From Candidatus Electrothrix sp. GW3-4 (GTDB lineage: Bacteria; Desulfobacterota; Desulfobulbia; Desulfobulbales; Desulfobulbaceae), in NCBI RefSeq assembly GCF_037902255.1, contig NZ_CP147990.1, forward strand, positions 540,001-572,000: a DNA stretch of 32,000 nucleotides, written 5' to 3'. Under the pieces are notes generated by a model, which worked only from the letters and a program-made list of their open reading frames with translations, had not been told where the DNA came from and made no database searches. Positions 6,998-15,729 of this stretch are shown piece by piece. Made by a program: the position numbers and the translations under genes. The first letter of the stretch is position 1, and every line of letters starts with the position of its first letter.

Positions 6998-9145
6998 ATG
7001 AGAATCACCATTGCATACAACCTTCGGACAGATGATACAGAAGCAACAGCTGAACTGCTTACTGATGCAGACATAAACAGGATACACGAGGCCATTACCA
7101 GTCTTCATCACTCGGTGACAGTGGTCGAGGTTTCTGGCAAACCCAATGAAGTCATTGAGCGCCTGATTGAAAGCGAACCTGATCTTATTTTTAATCTGGC
7201 AGAAGGAACCATTGGGAGCTCCAGGGAGGCCTTTTATCCGGGACTATACGAGCAAATGGGAATACCGTTTACCGGCGGCAATGCCTCTCTGCTTCATCTT
7301 AATCTTGATAAACATCTTGCCAAGACCGTTCTCTCCAATCACGGCGTCAATGTACCAAAGGGCATCTTGATTACGGGGAGGGATTTTGCCTTGCCCGATG
7401 ATTTGCAGTATCCCTTGATGATTAAACCGAATTCAGAGGGATCAAGTAAGGGAATTACCCAGGATTCAGTCGTTGACACCAGAGATATCGCCCTGACCAG
7501 AATAAACCGTCTGTTAGATCATTATCCTGCTGGCCTTGTTGTTGAAGAATATATCGGAGGCCGGGAGCTCAGTATTCCCTTCCTTGAAAGTTATCCGGGA
7601 AAATTGCTCGACGTCGTTGAACATACCTTTGATCTCAGGAAGATTGGGGGGAAATATAATATCTACGACTATGATATGAAACAGGGCGGAGAAGCCGCTG
7701 AATCAGTCCATGTGGTCTGCCCTGCCAATATCAATGCAGAAGAAGAAAAAGCCGTGACCCAGATGGCGCGGGAAGTTTTTGATATCATGTCCTGTCCTGA
7801 TGTCGGTCGGGTGGATATTCGCTTGCATACAAACGGAACGCCCTATTTTATTGAATTGAACCCTTTGCCGAGTCTTCATCCTGATGCCTCGCTTATGACC
7901 GCTGCCCGGTCGCGCGGACTTGAATTTCGCGATGCCCTGCGTTTGGTGATACGTTCGGCGGCCCGCCGCTATGGTATTCCGCTCAGATCTGCTAAGCAAA
8001 CGAAAAAAGCTGATATTGCCTTTGAAACGCCACGTCCCGGTGCCAGGGAGCTGGGCATGCAAATCGGCTGGATGACTCCCGGAGTACATAATGCAATTAC
8101 AGATGTGAAAGGTGTTCGTGTTGGTCATGTTTCACGATTTGCAGATGATGTTCAGATCCCTGGTCAAACAGAGAAAAGTACTATCCGTACCGGTGTTACG
8201 GCAATTATGCCTGCCGGGCGGGCCTATGCGAATAGAATCGCAGCAGGCGGCTTTATCTTAAATGGCGTCGGTGAAATGGCGGGCTTAACCCAGGTGATTG
8301 AGACCGGTTGGCTGGAAACGCCGATATTGCTCACCAACTCACATTCTGTGGGCCGGGTTCATGCCGGTGTCGTTAACCATATGTTGAAAAAGTATCCGCG
8401 ACTCGGTACAGAGACCGATGTGGTCCTGCCGGTTGTTGGTGAAGCTGACGATTCCTTTTTAAATGATGTCCGGGTGGGAGTTTGTTCGGCCCAGGACGCT
8501 GTAAAGGCGATGGAATCAGCATCCTCGGGTCCGGTGCAACAAGGATCGATAGGCGCTGGCATCGGCATGACAAGTTTTGATTTTGCCGGGGGCATCGGAA
8601 CCTCGTCACGTATTATCACGGTGTCGGAAGGTAAGGCATTTACAGTCGGCGTTCTTGTGCTTTCCAATTTTGGAAAAATGCGCAACCTGACCATTGATGG
8701 AGGTGTTGTCGGCAGAACCCTTGACAGGGAATTTGATCAGGAAGGACGTCGTGCGGTATCAGAAGGTTCAATCATTGTTGTTGTTGCTACAGATATCCCC
8801 CTTATCACCAGTCAGCTAAACCGGGTTGCCAAACGGGCGGCCCTGGGCCTCGGGCGCACGGGTTCCTACGCCGCTGCAACCAGTGGGGAAATTATTCTTG
8901 CTTTCAGTACCGGTAACCGCAAGCCCCGGGTGAATACTTCTAAAAGTAACTTTATCACCTTGAAATTGATCTCAGATAATTACATTGATATGGTGTATGA
9001 AGCTGTCGTCGAGGCCACTGAAGAGGCGGTGATAAATGCCATATTTTGTTCCAATGGAATGAATGGACGTGAACAGCGCTGGTGCCCGCCTGTTCCGCAT
9101 CAACGTATCCTTGAATTATTGAATAAAGGGGAAATAACTTCATGA
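6998..9145 (+). CDS. Fusion protein: N-terminal ATP-grasp D-Ala-D-Ala-ligase-like domain plus C-terminal S58/P1 (DmpA-like) aminopeptidase domain
   Basis: N-terminal half: ..PLMIKPNSEGSSKGI.., ..VVEEYIGGRELSIPF.., ..DIRLHTNGTPYFIELNPLPSL.. (ATP-grasp Mg/ATP motifs). C-terminal half from about residue 350: ..ITDVKGVRVGHV..TGVTAIMP..LLTNSHSVG..VVGEADDSFLND..GAGIGMTSFDFAGGIGTSS..GSIIVVVATDIPL..GRTGSYAAATSGEIILAFSTGN.. (DmpA/S58 fold). Confidence 0.75.
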   Translation: MRITIAYNLRTDDTEATAELLTDADINRIHEAITSLHHSVTVVEVSGKPNEVIERLIESEPDLIFNLAEGTIGSSREAFYPGLYEQMGIPFTGGNASLLHLNLDKHLAKTVLSNHGVNVPKGILITGRDFALPDDLQYPLMIKPNSEGSSKGITQDSVVDTRDIALTRINRLLDHYPAGLVVEEYIGGRELSIPFLESYPGKLLDVVEHTFDLRKIGGKYNIYDYDMKQGGEAAESVHVVCPANINAEEEKAVTQMAREVFDIMSCPDVGRVDIRLHTNGTPYFIELNPLPSLHPDASLMTAARSRGLEFRDALRLVIRSAARRYGIPLRSAKQTKKADIAFETPRPGARELGMQIGWMTPGVHNAITDVKGVRVGHVSRFADDVQIPGQTEKSTIRTGVTAIMPAGRAYANRIAAGGFILNGVGEMAGLTQVIETGWLETPILLTNSHSVGRVHAGVVNHMLKKYPRLGTETDVVLPVVGEADDSFLNDVRVGVCSAQDAVKAMESASSGPVQQGSIGAGIGMTSFDFAGGIGTSSRIITVSEGKAFTVGVLVLSNFGKMRNLTIDGGVVGRTLDREFDQEGRRAVSEGSIIVVVATDIPLITSQLNRVAKRAALGLGRTGSYAAATSGEIILAFSTGNRKPRVNTSKSNFITLKLISDNYIDMVYEAVVEATEEAVINAIFCSNGMNGREQRWCPPVPHQRILELLNKGEITS

Positions 9146-10152
9146 AGGTCATTGAAAAGTATAACGACAGTCTGCATAACCCGTATTGGAAGTATCAGCT
9201 TGGGCCGGAGACATATGAAGTCAAGGATACCCCTCTTCGGGTTGAAGCCATTAAAAAGGCCCTGCGTTCTGATGACCGCTTTGATTTTATAACGGCACAA
9301 CAATTTCCTGAACGCTTTATTGCACGGTTGCATCCGTATCACGATTATATCCTGAATACAGCTTCAGGATTAAAAGATGATGATGAGGAGTTTTATCCTG
9401 ACCTCTTTCCTGGGGAGAACGCAAATCTCAGGAGAAAAGTGGATTCACCGCTTTGGGGCGGCATATGGTGTACAGATGCTGTGACGCCCATAAAAAGAAA
9501 GACATACGAGGTGGCCCGTGCTTCTGCTGAAACCGCGCTGACAGGTGCAGAACTGCTCCGTAAAGGGCTGGAAAAAACAGTCTATGCCTTGTGTCGACCT
9601 TCAGGCCATCACGCCGGGCCCCGTGTCTTTGGCGGGTATTGTTATTTCAATAATGCAGCTGTTGCTGCCGAGTATTTATTGCCGGAAGGGAGAGTTGCTC
9701 TTGTAGATATCGATTATCATCATGGCAATGGAACACAGGAATTTTTCGATGAGGTTAAATCGGTTTTTACTGCTTCGATTCATTGCGATCCTACCAACGA
9801 ATACCCCTATTTCTGGGGCTATGCTGACGAAAAAGGAAAAGGTCAGGCTGCTGGTACCAATCATAATGAACCGTTGCCCAAGGAGACAGGAATAGAACAA
9901 TACAGCGGTGCTGTTGACAGAATACTCAGTAAGATAGAAGAATTCAAACCCTCCTTTTTAATTATTGCTGCTGGTTTTGATACCCATAGAAATGACCCTA
10001 TTGGCGGCTTCAACATTCATACAGAAGACTATATTTCTATAGGCCGTCAGTTTAAGGCCCTGGGGATCCCGACCTTGGTATGTCAGGAAGGCGGGTATAA
10101 TGTTGATGTTCTCGGGCAATGTGTAAAGAATTTTTTATTAGGGTTTATGTGA
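9142..10152 (+). CDS. Histone deacetylase-family amidohydrolase (acetylpolyamine/acetoin-utilisation type)
   Basis: ..RPSGHHAGPRVFGGYCYFNNAAVAA.., ..VALVDIDYHHGNGTQEFF.., ..IIAAGFDTHRNDPIGGF.., ..QEGGYN.. are the HDAC zinc/active-site motifs. ATG 9142 overlaps the upstream stop (ATGA). Confidence 0.85.
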   Translation: MKVIEKYNDSLHNPYWKYQLGPETYEVKDTPLRVEAIKKALRSDDRFDFITAQQFPERFIARLHPYHDYILNTASGLKDDDEEFYPDLFPGENANLRRKVDSPLWGGIWCTDAVTPIKRKTYEVARASAETALTGAELLRKGLEKTVYALCRPSGHHAGPRVFGGYCYFNNAAVAAEYLLPEGRVALVDIDYHHGNGTQEFFDEVKSVFTASIHCDPTNEYPYFWGYADEKGKGQAAGTNHNEPLPKETGIEQYSGAVDRILSKIEEFKPSFLIIAAGFDTHRNDPIGGFNIHTEDYISIGRQFKALGIPTLVCQEGGYNVDVLGQCVKNFLLGFM

Positions 10153-10159
10153 CTCAACA

Positions 10160-10262
10160 TTGATGGCCTGGTAAAAAGTCAGAAAACAGCAATTCGCTAA
10201 CGGCAACTCAACGAGTTACAATGCGATTTTTCGCAAAATTGGACTTTTTACGAAACCATCAA
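10160..10262. repeat. Imperfect 21-bp terminal inverted repeats bracketing about 60 bp (MITE/REP-like intergenic element)
   Basis: TTGATGGCCTGGTAAAAAGTC (10160-10180) versus the reverse complement of GACTTTTTACGAAACCATCAA (10242-10262), which is TTGATGGTTTCGTAAAAAGTC. 17 of 21 positions are identical. It fills almost the entire HDAC-ydcF spacer. Confidence 0.4.
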
Positions 10263-10266
10263 CATT

Positions 10267-10857
10267 ATGTGGAGAAGAATCTATAAAAAGATAGCTGTGA
10301 TGTTTATCGTCCTCGCAAGTAGTTGGGGGCTGTATCTTGCCGGGGATATTATCGTATTTTCCACAATAAATAAAACGCCTCAAAGTGATGTTGCCATTGT
10401 TCTGGGAGCAGCTGTCTGGAAAAATACTCCGTCACCTGTGTTTGAAGAACGGATCAAGCATGCTATTGCGCTTTATCAGCAAGGCATTATCAGTAAAATT
10501 TTGTTTACCGGAGGAGTTGGAAACGGGAAACAGTATGCTGAATCGGAAGTAGCCAGAAACTATGCTCTTAAGCGAGGGGTTCATTCTTCGGATATTCTCA
10601 TTGAAACTGTATCGGAAACCACACAACAGAACCTCCTTGAAGCCCAAAGGCTGTTAGAATCGCATACCCTTCACTCTGCAATTCTTATCAGTGACCCGTT
10701 GCATATGAGGAGGGCAATGGTTATGGCAGAGGATATTGGTCTTTCTGTGGCATCTTCACCCACTCCGACAAGCCGTTACAGGACTTTGAGGACACAGGCA
10801 ATGTTTCTTCTCAGAGAGATGTATTTTTATCAGCGGTATCTGTTCACTGGGGCGTAA
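10267..10857 (+). CDS. YdcF/ElyC-like DUF218 family protein with N-terminal membrane anchor
   Basis: ..DVAIVLGAAVW..PSPVFEERIKHAIALYQQGIISKILFTGGVG..SEVARNYALKRGV..ILIETVSETTQQN..ILISDPLHMRRA.. matches the DUF218 pattern. Confidence 0.75.
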   Translation: MWRRIYKKIAVMFIVLASSWGLYLAGDIIVFSTINKTPQSDVAIVLGAAVWKNTPSPVFEERIKHAIALYQQGIISKILFTGGVGNGKQYAESEVARNYALKRGVHSSDILIETVSETTQQNLLEAQRLLESHTLHSAILISDPLHMRRAMVMAEDIGLSVASSPTPTSRYRTLRTQAMFLLREMYFYQRYLFTGA

Positions 10858-11143
10858 TTGGCATAAACAGTATATGGGTTCTGGAGGATGGAAAAGGGGC
10901 GGTTGCTTCGGTTGAGTCCAGCTCAATAAGACCTAGTACAGTAATTTGCAAGTTCGACTAATAACTTCACGCAAGTAATTTTTGAAACTTATGGTTTTCA
11001 CAGCCGGTTAAGCCGATATGAGTTATTAGCAAAATTTAGCGGTTGCTGTACTAGCATTCAGTCGGTCTTTCGGGGTAGGTTGATGCAATTGAGGATAATC
11101 TGTTATTATTGAGTGAGCTGGTGGGGAAGCAGGAGAAAAGATT

Positions 11144-11374
11144 ATGCCTGAATACATTATGGAACATATTGAATGGGTCTTCAGCGGTATCGGTGTCGCC
11201 GTGCTGTCAGTCATTGGCAGGTGGTTTTTCAAGAAGAGGAACAAGGGAGTGGGTAACATCGGTTCCAATAATCGTGTGGGCAGGGATCATACCTTCACGA
11301 TTGATAAGTCAGTGCATCAAACGCACAGCGGCGATGGCGATAATGTAGCTGGGGACAAGATAGTCAAGGGATAG
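11144..11374 (+). CDS. Small single-pass membrane protein (76 aa); in frame with the next ORF across one TAG codon
   Basis: ATG 11144 preceded by GGAGAAAAG. TM segment WVFSGIGVAVLSVIGRWFF then KKRNK. The tail ..HQTHSGDGDNVAGDKIVKG ends at TAG 11372-11374. Confidence 0.55.
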   Translation: MPEYIMEHIEWVFSGIGVAVLSVIGRWFFKKRNKGVGNIGSNNRVGRDHTFTIDKSVHQTHSGDGDNVAGDKIVKG

Positions 11375-11377
11375 GGT

Positions 11378-13030
11378 ATGTTTGACCGGAACGAGCAACA
11401 TACGACCGAGTTCAATCAGACGCACAATGGTCCAGGTGATAATGTCAGGGATAAATATATCATCAATAACTACCTGCTCGGTTCAGTGGATTACCAGCAG
11501 CTTGTTCAGGATATCAAGGACGCAGAAGAGCTACTGGCAGGCATTGCCCCGGATAAGATCGACCTGCGCCTAAAGCAGTCTGCCAAGGTGGAGGAATTGA
11601 AGCATCGGCTGGTGGACTTTAAGGCGGATGTCTTTCGCCTCCATGAGCTGTTCACCCGGATTCCCATTAACACGGAGCGATTGCGTAAAGCCAAGGCCCA
11701 TTTTGATAAAGGTGAGTTTCGGGAGGCTGATGCCGTGCTCAAGGCCGAGGAGATTCAACAGGACGTTGAGCGACTGAAGCTGGAGGAACAGGCGGCAAAA
11801 AACAGGCTGGCTGCGGTGCGTAAGGATTTGGCGGACAGGGCGCAAGAGTTCCTGCTCAAGGCCCGACTTTCCTTACTCAACCCGGTGAAGGAGGATGAAG
11901 ACAGGTTCAAACGGACAGAGGGGTATTTTGAACAGGCTCTTGCAACGGCCCGAACAGGCAAAGTTTTGCACGAGTACGCTGTCTTTCTCTCGAAACACAA
12001 TGACTTCAGCAGGGCAGAACCTTTGTACAGAGAAGCCTTGGAGCAGCTCCGTAGATATGGCAAGGCGAACCCAGAAGTTTTTCTTGCGAATGTCGCAGCG
12101 ACAGTGAACAATTTGGCAAACCTGCATAAGACCATAATTGAATACACCTTGGCTGAGGATGAATACAAAAAAGCCTTGAAAGCATACCGTACTCTCGCCA
12201 AACTGAAGCCGGAAGTCTTTTCCCCAAGTGTAGCCATGACTCTGAATAATCTGGCTGTACTGCATAGTCAAAGAGAGAAATACGATTCGGCGTTGGCGGA
12301 ATACCAAGAAGCGTTGGAAATCAGACGCGACCTTGCCAAGACTAACCCGGAAGCCTTTCTCCCGGATGTCGCAGCGACGCTACACGATTTGGCTACTCTA
12401 TATTATCAAACTAAAAAATACGACCCGGCTCTGGCAGAATATCGGGAAGTCTTAAGAATCAGGCGTGATCTTGCAGAGCTACATCCGAAAGAGTTTCTAT
12501 CGGATGTAGCTATGACTCTAAATAATCTGGCAGCTCTGCATTATAAAACGAAGCAATATGATTCAGCTTTGGCGGAATATGAGGAAAGCTTGACGATGTA
12601 CCGCCGCTTTAGTGAATTCAATCCAAAAGCCTTTATGTCATATGTCGCTGGCACGTTGAATAACTTGGCTAGCTTGCATAAGGATACAAATCAATATGGG
12701 GCGGCTGAGAAAGAGTACGGGGAAGCACTGGAGATATACCGCGCTCTTGATCAAAACGAGCCAAAGACTTTTCTCCCTGACTTGGTAACGACATTACTCA
12801 ATCTGAGCATTTTCTACCTCCAATCCGTACCGGACAAAGCAAAGTCTGTCGCTTATGCTCAGGAGGCACGGGATATCTTGAAGCCCCTATGTGATAAGGC
12901 CCCGCATCTGCAAGAGTATCTTGACATGGCCGAAGGGCTACTGAAAGACAATAAGGCCAAGTCCGAAGCAAGCATCGTTTGTTTCTTTGCCAAACTTTCT
13001 CTCAGCCTTCCTTCAACCTCATTACGTTGA
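11378..13030 (+). CDS. Coiled-coil plus tetratricopeptide-repeat protein (KLC/TPR_12-like repeats)
   Basis: The N-terminus repeats the upstream motif (NQTHNGPGDNVRDKYII). About 170 aa are coiled-coil-like. Then come 6-7 units of the pattern NPEAFLPDVAxTLNNLAxLHxxxxxYxxAxxEYxEALxIRRxLA. Confidence 0.8.
   Translation: MFDRNEQHTTEFNQTHNGPGDNVRDKYIINNYLLGSVDYQQLVQDIKDAEELLAGIAPDKIDLRLKQSAKVEELKHRLVDFKADVFRLHELFTRIPINTERLRKAKAHFDKGEFREADAVLKAEEIQQDVERLKLEEQAAKNRLAAVRKDLADRAQEFLLKARLSLLNPVKEDEDRFKRTEGYFEQALATARTGKVLHEYAVFLSKHNDFSRAEPLYREALEQLRRYGKANPEVFLANVAATVNNLANLHKTIIEYTLAEDEYKKALKAYRTLAKLKPEVFSPSVAMTLNNLAVLHSQREKYDSALAEYQEALEIRRDLAKTNPEAFLPDVAATLHDLATLYYQTKKYDPALAEYREVLRIRRDLAELHPKEFLSDVAMTLNNLAALHYKTKQYDSALAEYEESLTMYRRFSEFNPKAFMSYVAGTLNNLASLHKDTNQYGAAEKEYGEALEIYRALDQNEPKTFLPDLVTTLLNLSIFYLQSVPDKAKSVAYAQEARDILKPLCDKAPHLQEYLDMAEGLLKDNKAKSEASIVCFFAKLSLSLPSTSLR
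12092..12919 (+). repeat. Six in-frame 138-bp (46-aa) tandem TPR-type repeat units inside the TPR gene
   Basis: The unit-initial Val codon recurs at 12092, 12230, 12368, 12506 and 12644, and the Leu codon opening the sixth unit falls in the same register at 12782 (constant 138-bp spacing). A more degenerate unit precedes at about 11954. Confidence 0.8.
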
Positions 13031-13413
13031 AAGCGTTTCCACCTCATAGAGGCTGATCTTTTGATCAACTGTGACCAGCACCATTGATTCAACCTGAGCT
13101 TGGGCAATGAGTAAACGGTCAAAGGGGTCGTTATGATGATATGGTAACTGCTGGAGAGCGTAGATATGGGGCAGTTCTATGAAGAGCATATTCAGTTCGT
13201 TCTCCCTTGCCTGCGTTTCTACCAGTTCCGGTAATGCCCCGCACTGAGCCGAAGTTTGCCGAGCTGCTGTTTGATCTGGATTTCCCAAGGGGAAACATGG
13301 CTCAAATACAGCTGGTTTTCAGGATCAGAGCAGGCGTTGTAAGCAGCCGGAGGGATTTTTTCGGGTTCCGAGTTAAACCAGAGAAAAATATGGGTATCCA
13401 GAAGCAATTTCAT
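13022..13413 (-). pseudogene. vapC: PIN-domain VapC-like toxin split by a 1-nt frameshift
   Basis: ORF 13219-13413 gives MKLLLDTHIFLWFNSEPEKI..LYLSHVSPWEIQIKQQLGKLRLSA. ORF 13022-13288 in another frame gives ..ALPELVETQARENELNMLFIELPHIYALQQLPYHHNDPFDRLLIAQAQVESMVLVTVDQKI... Together they form one canonical roughly 130-aa PIN toxin. The frames switch around the GGGG run at about 13247-13250. Confidence 0.7.
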
Positions 13414-13643
13414 GCGTTTTCCCCTGACCAGAATGTATCGGGCAGGGTATCATCAAAATCTTCGCTTATCTCTATTTGTCCCTTAAACTGCCCAAACTGT
13501 CGCCGAGTTGCCGTCCGATTCTGCGACTTTTTTGGCTCGTACAGCACAATCACCCGTACAGTGCCGTACTCTATATCATGAGGAAGCTTCAGGCATATCT
13601 CTCGATTTTTCGTCACCTCCGCCTGTAATTCCAGTGCCTGCAT
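13410..13643 (-). CDS. Type II antitoxin partner of the PIN toxin (family not assigned)
   Basis: ATG at 13643 is preceded by GGAGGTAAGGAC. MQALELQAEVTKNREICLKLPHDIEYGTVRVIVLYEP..FGQFKGQIEISEDFDDTLPDTFW is a typical antitoxin C-terminal tail. The stop overlaps the toxin ATG (ATGA). The longer ORF-track start at 13757 lacks an RBS. Confidence 0.6.
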   Translation of the reverse strand: MQALELQAEVTKNREICLKLPHDIEYGTVRVIVLYEPKKSQNRTATRRQFGQFKGQIEISEDFDDTLPDTFWSGENA

Positions 13644-13934
13644 GTCCTTACCTCCTTGTAGGGCCTTTCCAGCGAATAGCTTCTTCTTTTTGCTATGGTA
13701 TTCCTTTTCCCATGATTGCGCAAGTACAGGGATTATTCCTGAACCGCCCTGTCTCATTTCCTTATATCTTTGAGCCGCCTATTTACCTTTTTCCCTCCTC
13801 ACCGTTATTTTTTCCTCAGATTGTCTTGATGTAATGTATTCTATGTGGTAATAAGCAAAATTTGCTTAATTTTAGGCTTTGGGTAAATCTGCCTGAAGCA
13901 AAACGACACACACTCCGATTATGTCCTTTGGTGT

Positions 13935-13955
13935 CCCTGATCATGCATGACAGGG
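13935..13955 (+). promoter_or_regulatory. Hairpin in the rpsB leader (possible S2 autoregulatory or leader structure)
   Basis: CCCTG-A-TCATG/CATGA-CAGGG lies 44 nt upstream of the rpsB ATG. Function is inferred only from position. Confidence 0.25.
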
Positions 13956-13998
13956 ATCGGCAGCAGGAGTGGAGGTATAACCATAAAGGAGAACGAAA

Positions 13999-14772
13999 AT
14001 GGCAGCAAAAGTAACCATGCGGGAGATGCTTGAGGCAGGTCTGCATTTCGGACATCAGACCAGACGCTGGAATCCCAAGATGAAACCGTACATCTACGGT
14101 CCGCGGAACGGCATCTACATCATCAACCTGGATGCGACCATGAAGATGTTCCGCACTGCGTACAGCTATATCAAAAATGCTGTGGCTGAAGGTGGGGATA
14201 TCATGTTTGTCGGCACCAAGCGCCAGGCCCAGGCCATCATGAAGGAGCAGGCCTCGCGTTGCGGTATGCACTATGTCAATCACCGTTGGCTCGGTGGGAT
14301 GATGACCAACTTTCAGACCATTAAAAATTCCGTGGATCGTCTGAAATCGATTGAGTCTATGCAGGAGGATGGCAGTATCAACCGTTTCCCGAAAAAGGAA
14401 ATCCTGCTGATGGAAAAAGAGCGCATTAAATTAGAGCGTAATGTCGGTGGTATCAAGGATATGCGCAAATTGCCGGACGTCCTTTTCGTTATTGATCCTC
14501 GCAAAGAAGAGATTGCTATCAGCGAGGCACAAAAACTGAATATCCCGGTTGTTGCTCTGACCGATACCAACTGTAATCCTATCGGTATCGATCATCTTAT
14601 TCCTGGTAATGATGATGCGATCCGTGCCATCCGTCTGATCACCTCCCTGATTGCCGATGCCGTTATGGAAGGCAAGGCAGAAGCTGGGGAAGAGGTTGCT
14701 GATATCGATGAGATGGAAACAGCAATGACCGGCGAGCAGGTTAGCGCTGCTGAACAGGCTCCAGAGGCATAA
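13999..14772 (+). CDS. rpsB: 30S ribosomal protein S2
   Basis: ..[37 protein letters not shown].. plus the acidic C-terminal tail. RBS AAAGGAGAA. Confidence 0.97.
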   Translation: MAAKVTMREMLEAGLHFGHQTRRWNPKMKPYIYGPRNGIYIINLDATMKMFRTAYSYIKNAVAEGGDIMFVGTKRQAQAIMKEQASRCGMHYVNHRWLGGMMTNFQTIKNSVDRLKSIESMQEDGSINRFPKKEILLMEKERIKLERNVGGIKDMRKLPDVLFVIDPRKEEIAISEAQKLNIPVVALTDTNCNPIGIDHLIPGNDDAIRAIRLITSLIADAVMEGKAEAGEEVADIDEMETAMTGEQVSAAEQAPEA

Positions 14773-14834
14773 CGCCTGAGCAGCAAGAAATGAACAACGC
14801 TGTGACGTTGTTTTTTGCATAGAAGGTGAGAAGG

Positions 14835-14860
14835 GAAGGGGCTGACAGGCCCCTTCTTTT
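14835..14860 (+). terminator. Rho-independent terminator or attenuator between rpsB and tsf
   Basis: GAAGGGGC (14835-14842), loop TGACAG, GCCCCTTC (14849-14856), TTTT (14857-14860). Confidence 0.65.
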
Positions 14861-14967
14861 GTCCTGAACTTCCTCACTAAGCGTGGGGCCTGTCAGGACA
14901 GTGATAAAAGAATATTACCGGGCAGAATGCCTGGAAGAAAAAGTATTTGTAGCTAAAGGAGAAGACA

Positions 14968-15561
14968 GTGAAAATTACCAGCCAAATGGTCAAAGAGTTA
15001 CGGGATAAGACCAATGCAGGCATGATGGACTGCAAGCGGGCCCTGGAGAATACAGAAGGTGATTTGGAAAAGGCTGTGGATTTGCTGCGCCAGAAGGGAC
15101 TTGCTGTTGCGGCAAAGCGGGCTGAGCGAGCCACCTCTGAGGGAACCATTGAGTGCTACGTGCATGCAGGCGGCAAGCTTGCGGTTATGGTTGAGGTGGG
15201 TTGCGAGACCGATTTTGTTGCCAAGACCGATGATTTTCTGGCCTTTGCCAAGGACGTTGCTATGCATATCGCTGCGGTGGGTCCCCTGGCTATTACCCGA
15301 GACGATGTACCCCAGGATATGGTTGAGCGCGAGCGCGAGATCTATGTCAACCAGGCCAAGGAATCCGGTAAGCCGGACAACATCATTGATAAGATCGTGA
15401 CCGGCAAGATTGATAAATATATTGCCGAGAACTGCCTGATGGAACAGAAGTTCATCAAGAACCCGGATCTGACTGTACAGGATCTGCTCAATGAGCTGAT
15501 GGCCAAGATGGGCGAGAACATCTCTGTAAAACGTTTTACCCGGTATCAGCTCGGTGCCTAA
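14968..15561 (+). CDS. tsf: Translation elongation factor Ts (short form, 197 aa)
   Basis: GTG start after AAAGGAGAAG. ..MVKELRDKTNAGMMDCKRALE..GDLEKAVDLLRQKG.. is the EF-Ts UBA-like N-terminus. Confidence 0.95.
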   Translation: MKITSQMVKELRDKTNAGMMDCKRALENTEGDLEKAVDLLRQKGLAVAAKRAERATSEGTIECYVHAGGKLAVMVEVGCETDFVAKTDDFLAFAKDVAMHIAAVGPLAITRDDVPQDMVEREREIYVNQAKESGKPDNIIDKIVTGKIDKYIAENCLMEQKFIKNPDLTVQDLLNELMAKMGENISVKRFTRYQLGA

Positions 15562-15729
15562 GTTGCGTTTGCGCTGATAACGCTGAGTTTTCGGTTGCCG
15601 GATAAAGGGGTACCGGCAACCGTTCGGGTCGGCAGATCCGATTTCTCCTCCACCCTCTTTCCAGGCCGCAGTGTTCTGAAGACCTGCCGCATAATGCAAT
15701 AACTTCCCTGCCAGCGGAGGCGTATCCTG

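Noticed and set aside
10858-11143. CTAGTACAG / CTGTACTAG inverted repeat (about 10934 and 11048) upstream of the TM/TPR genes as a structured ncRNA (for example retron-like msr/msd).
   Set aside because: Only 9 bp of complementarity over a spacer of more than 100 nt. There is no reverse transcriptase or other partner gene, so the evidence is insufficient.
11372-11374. In-frame TAG as pyrrolysine or programmed read-through.
   Set aside because: There are no pyl genes or recoding element in the window, and the context is not a methylamine methyltransferase. It is retained only as an unexplained in-frame stop.
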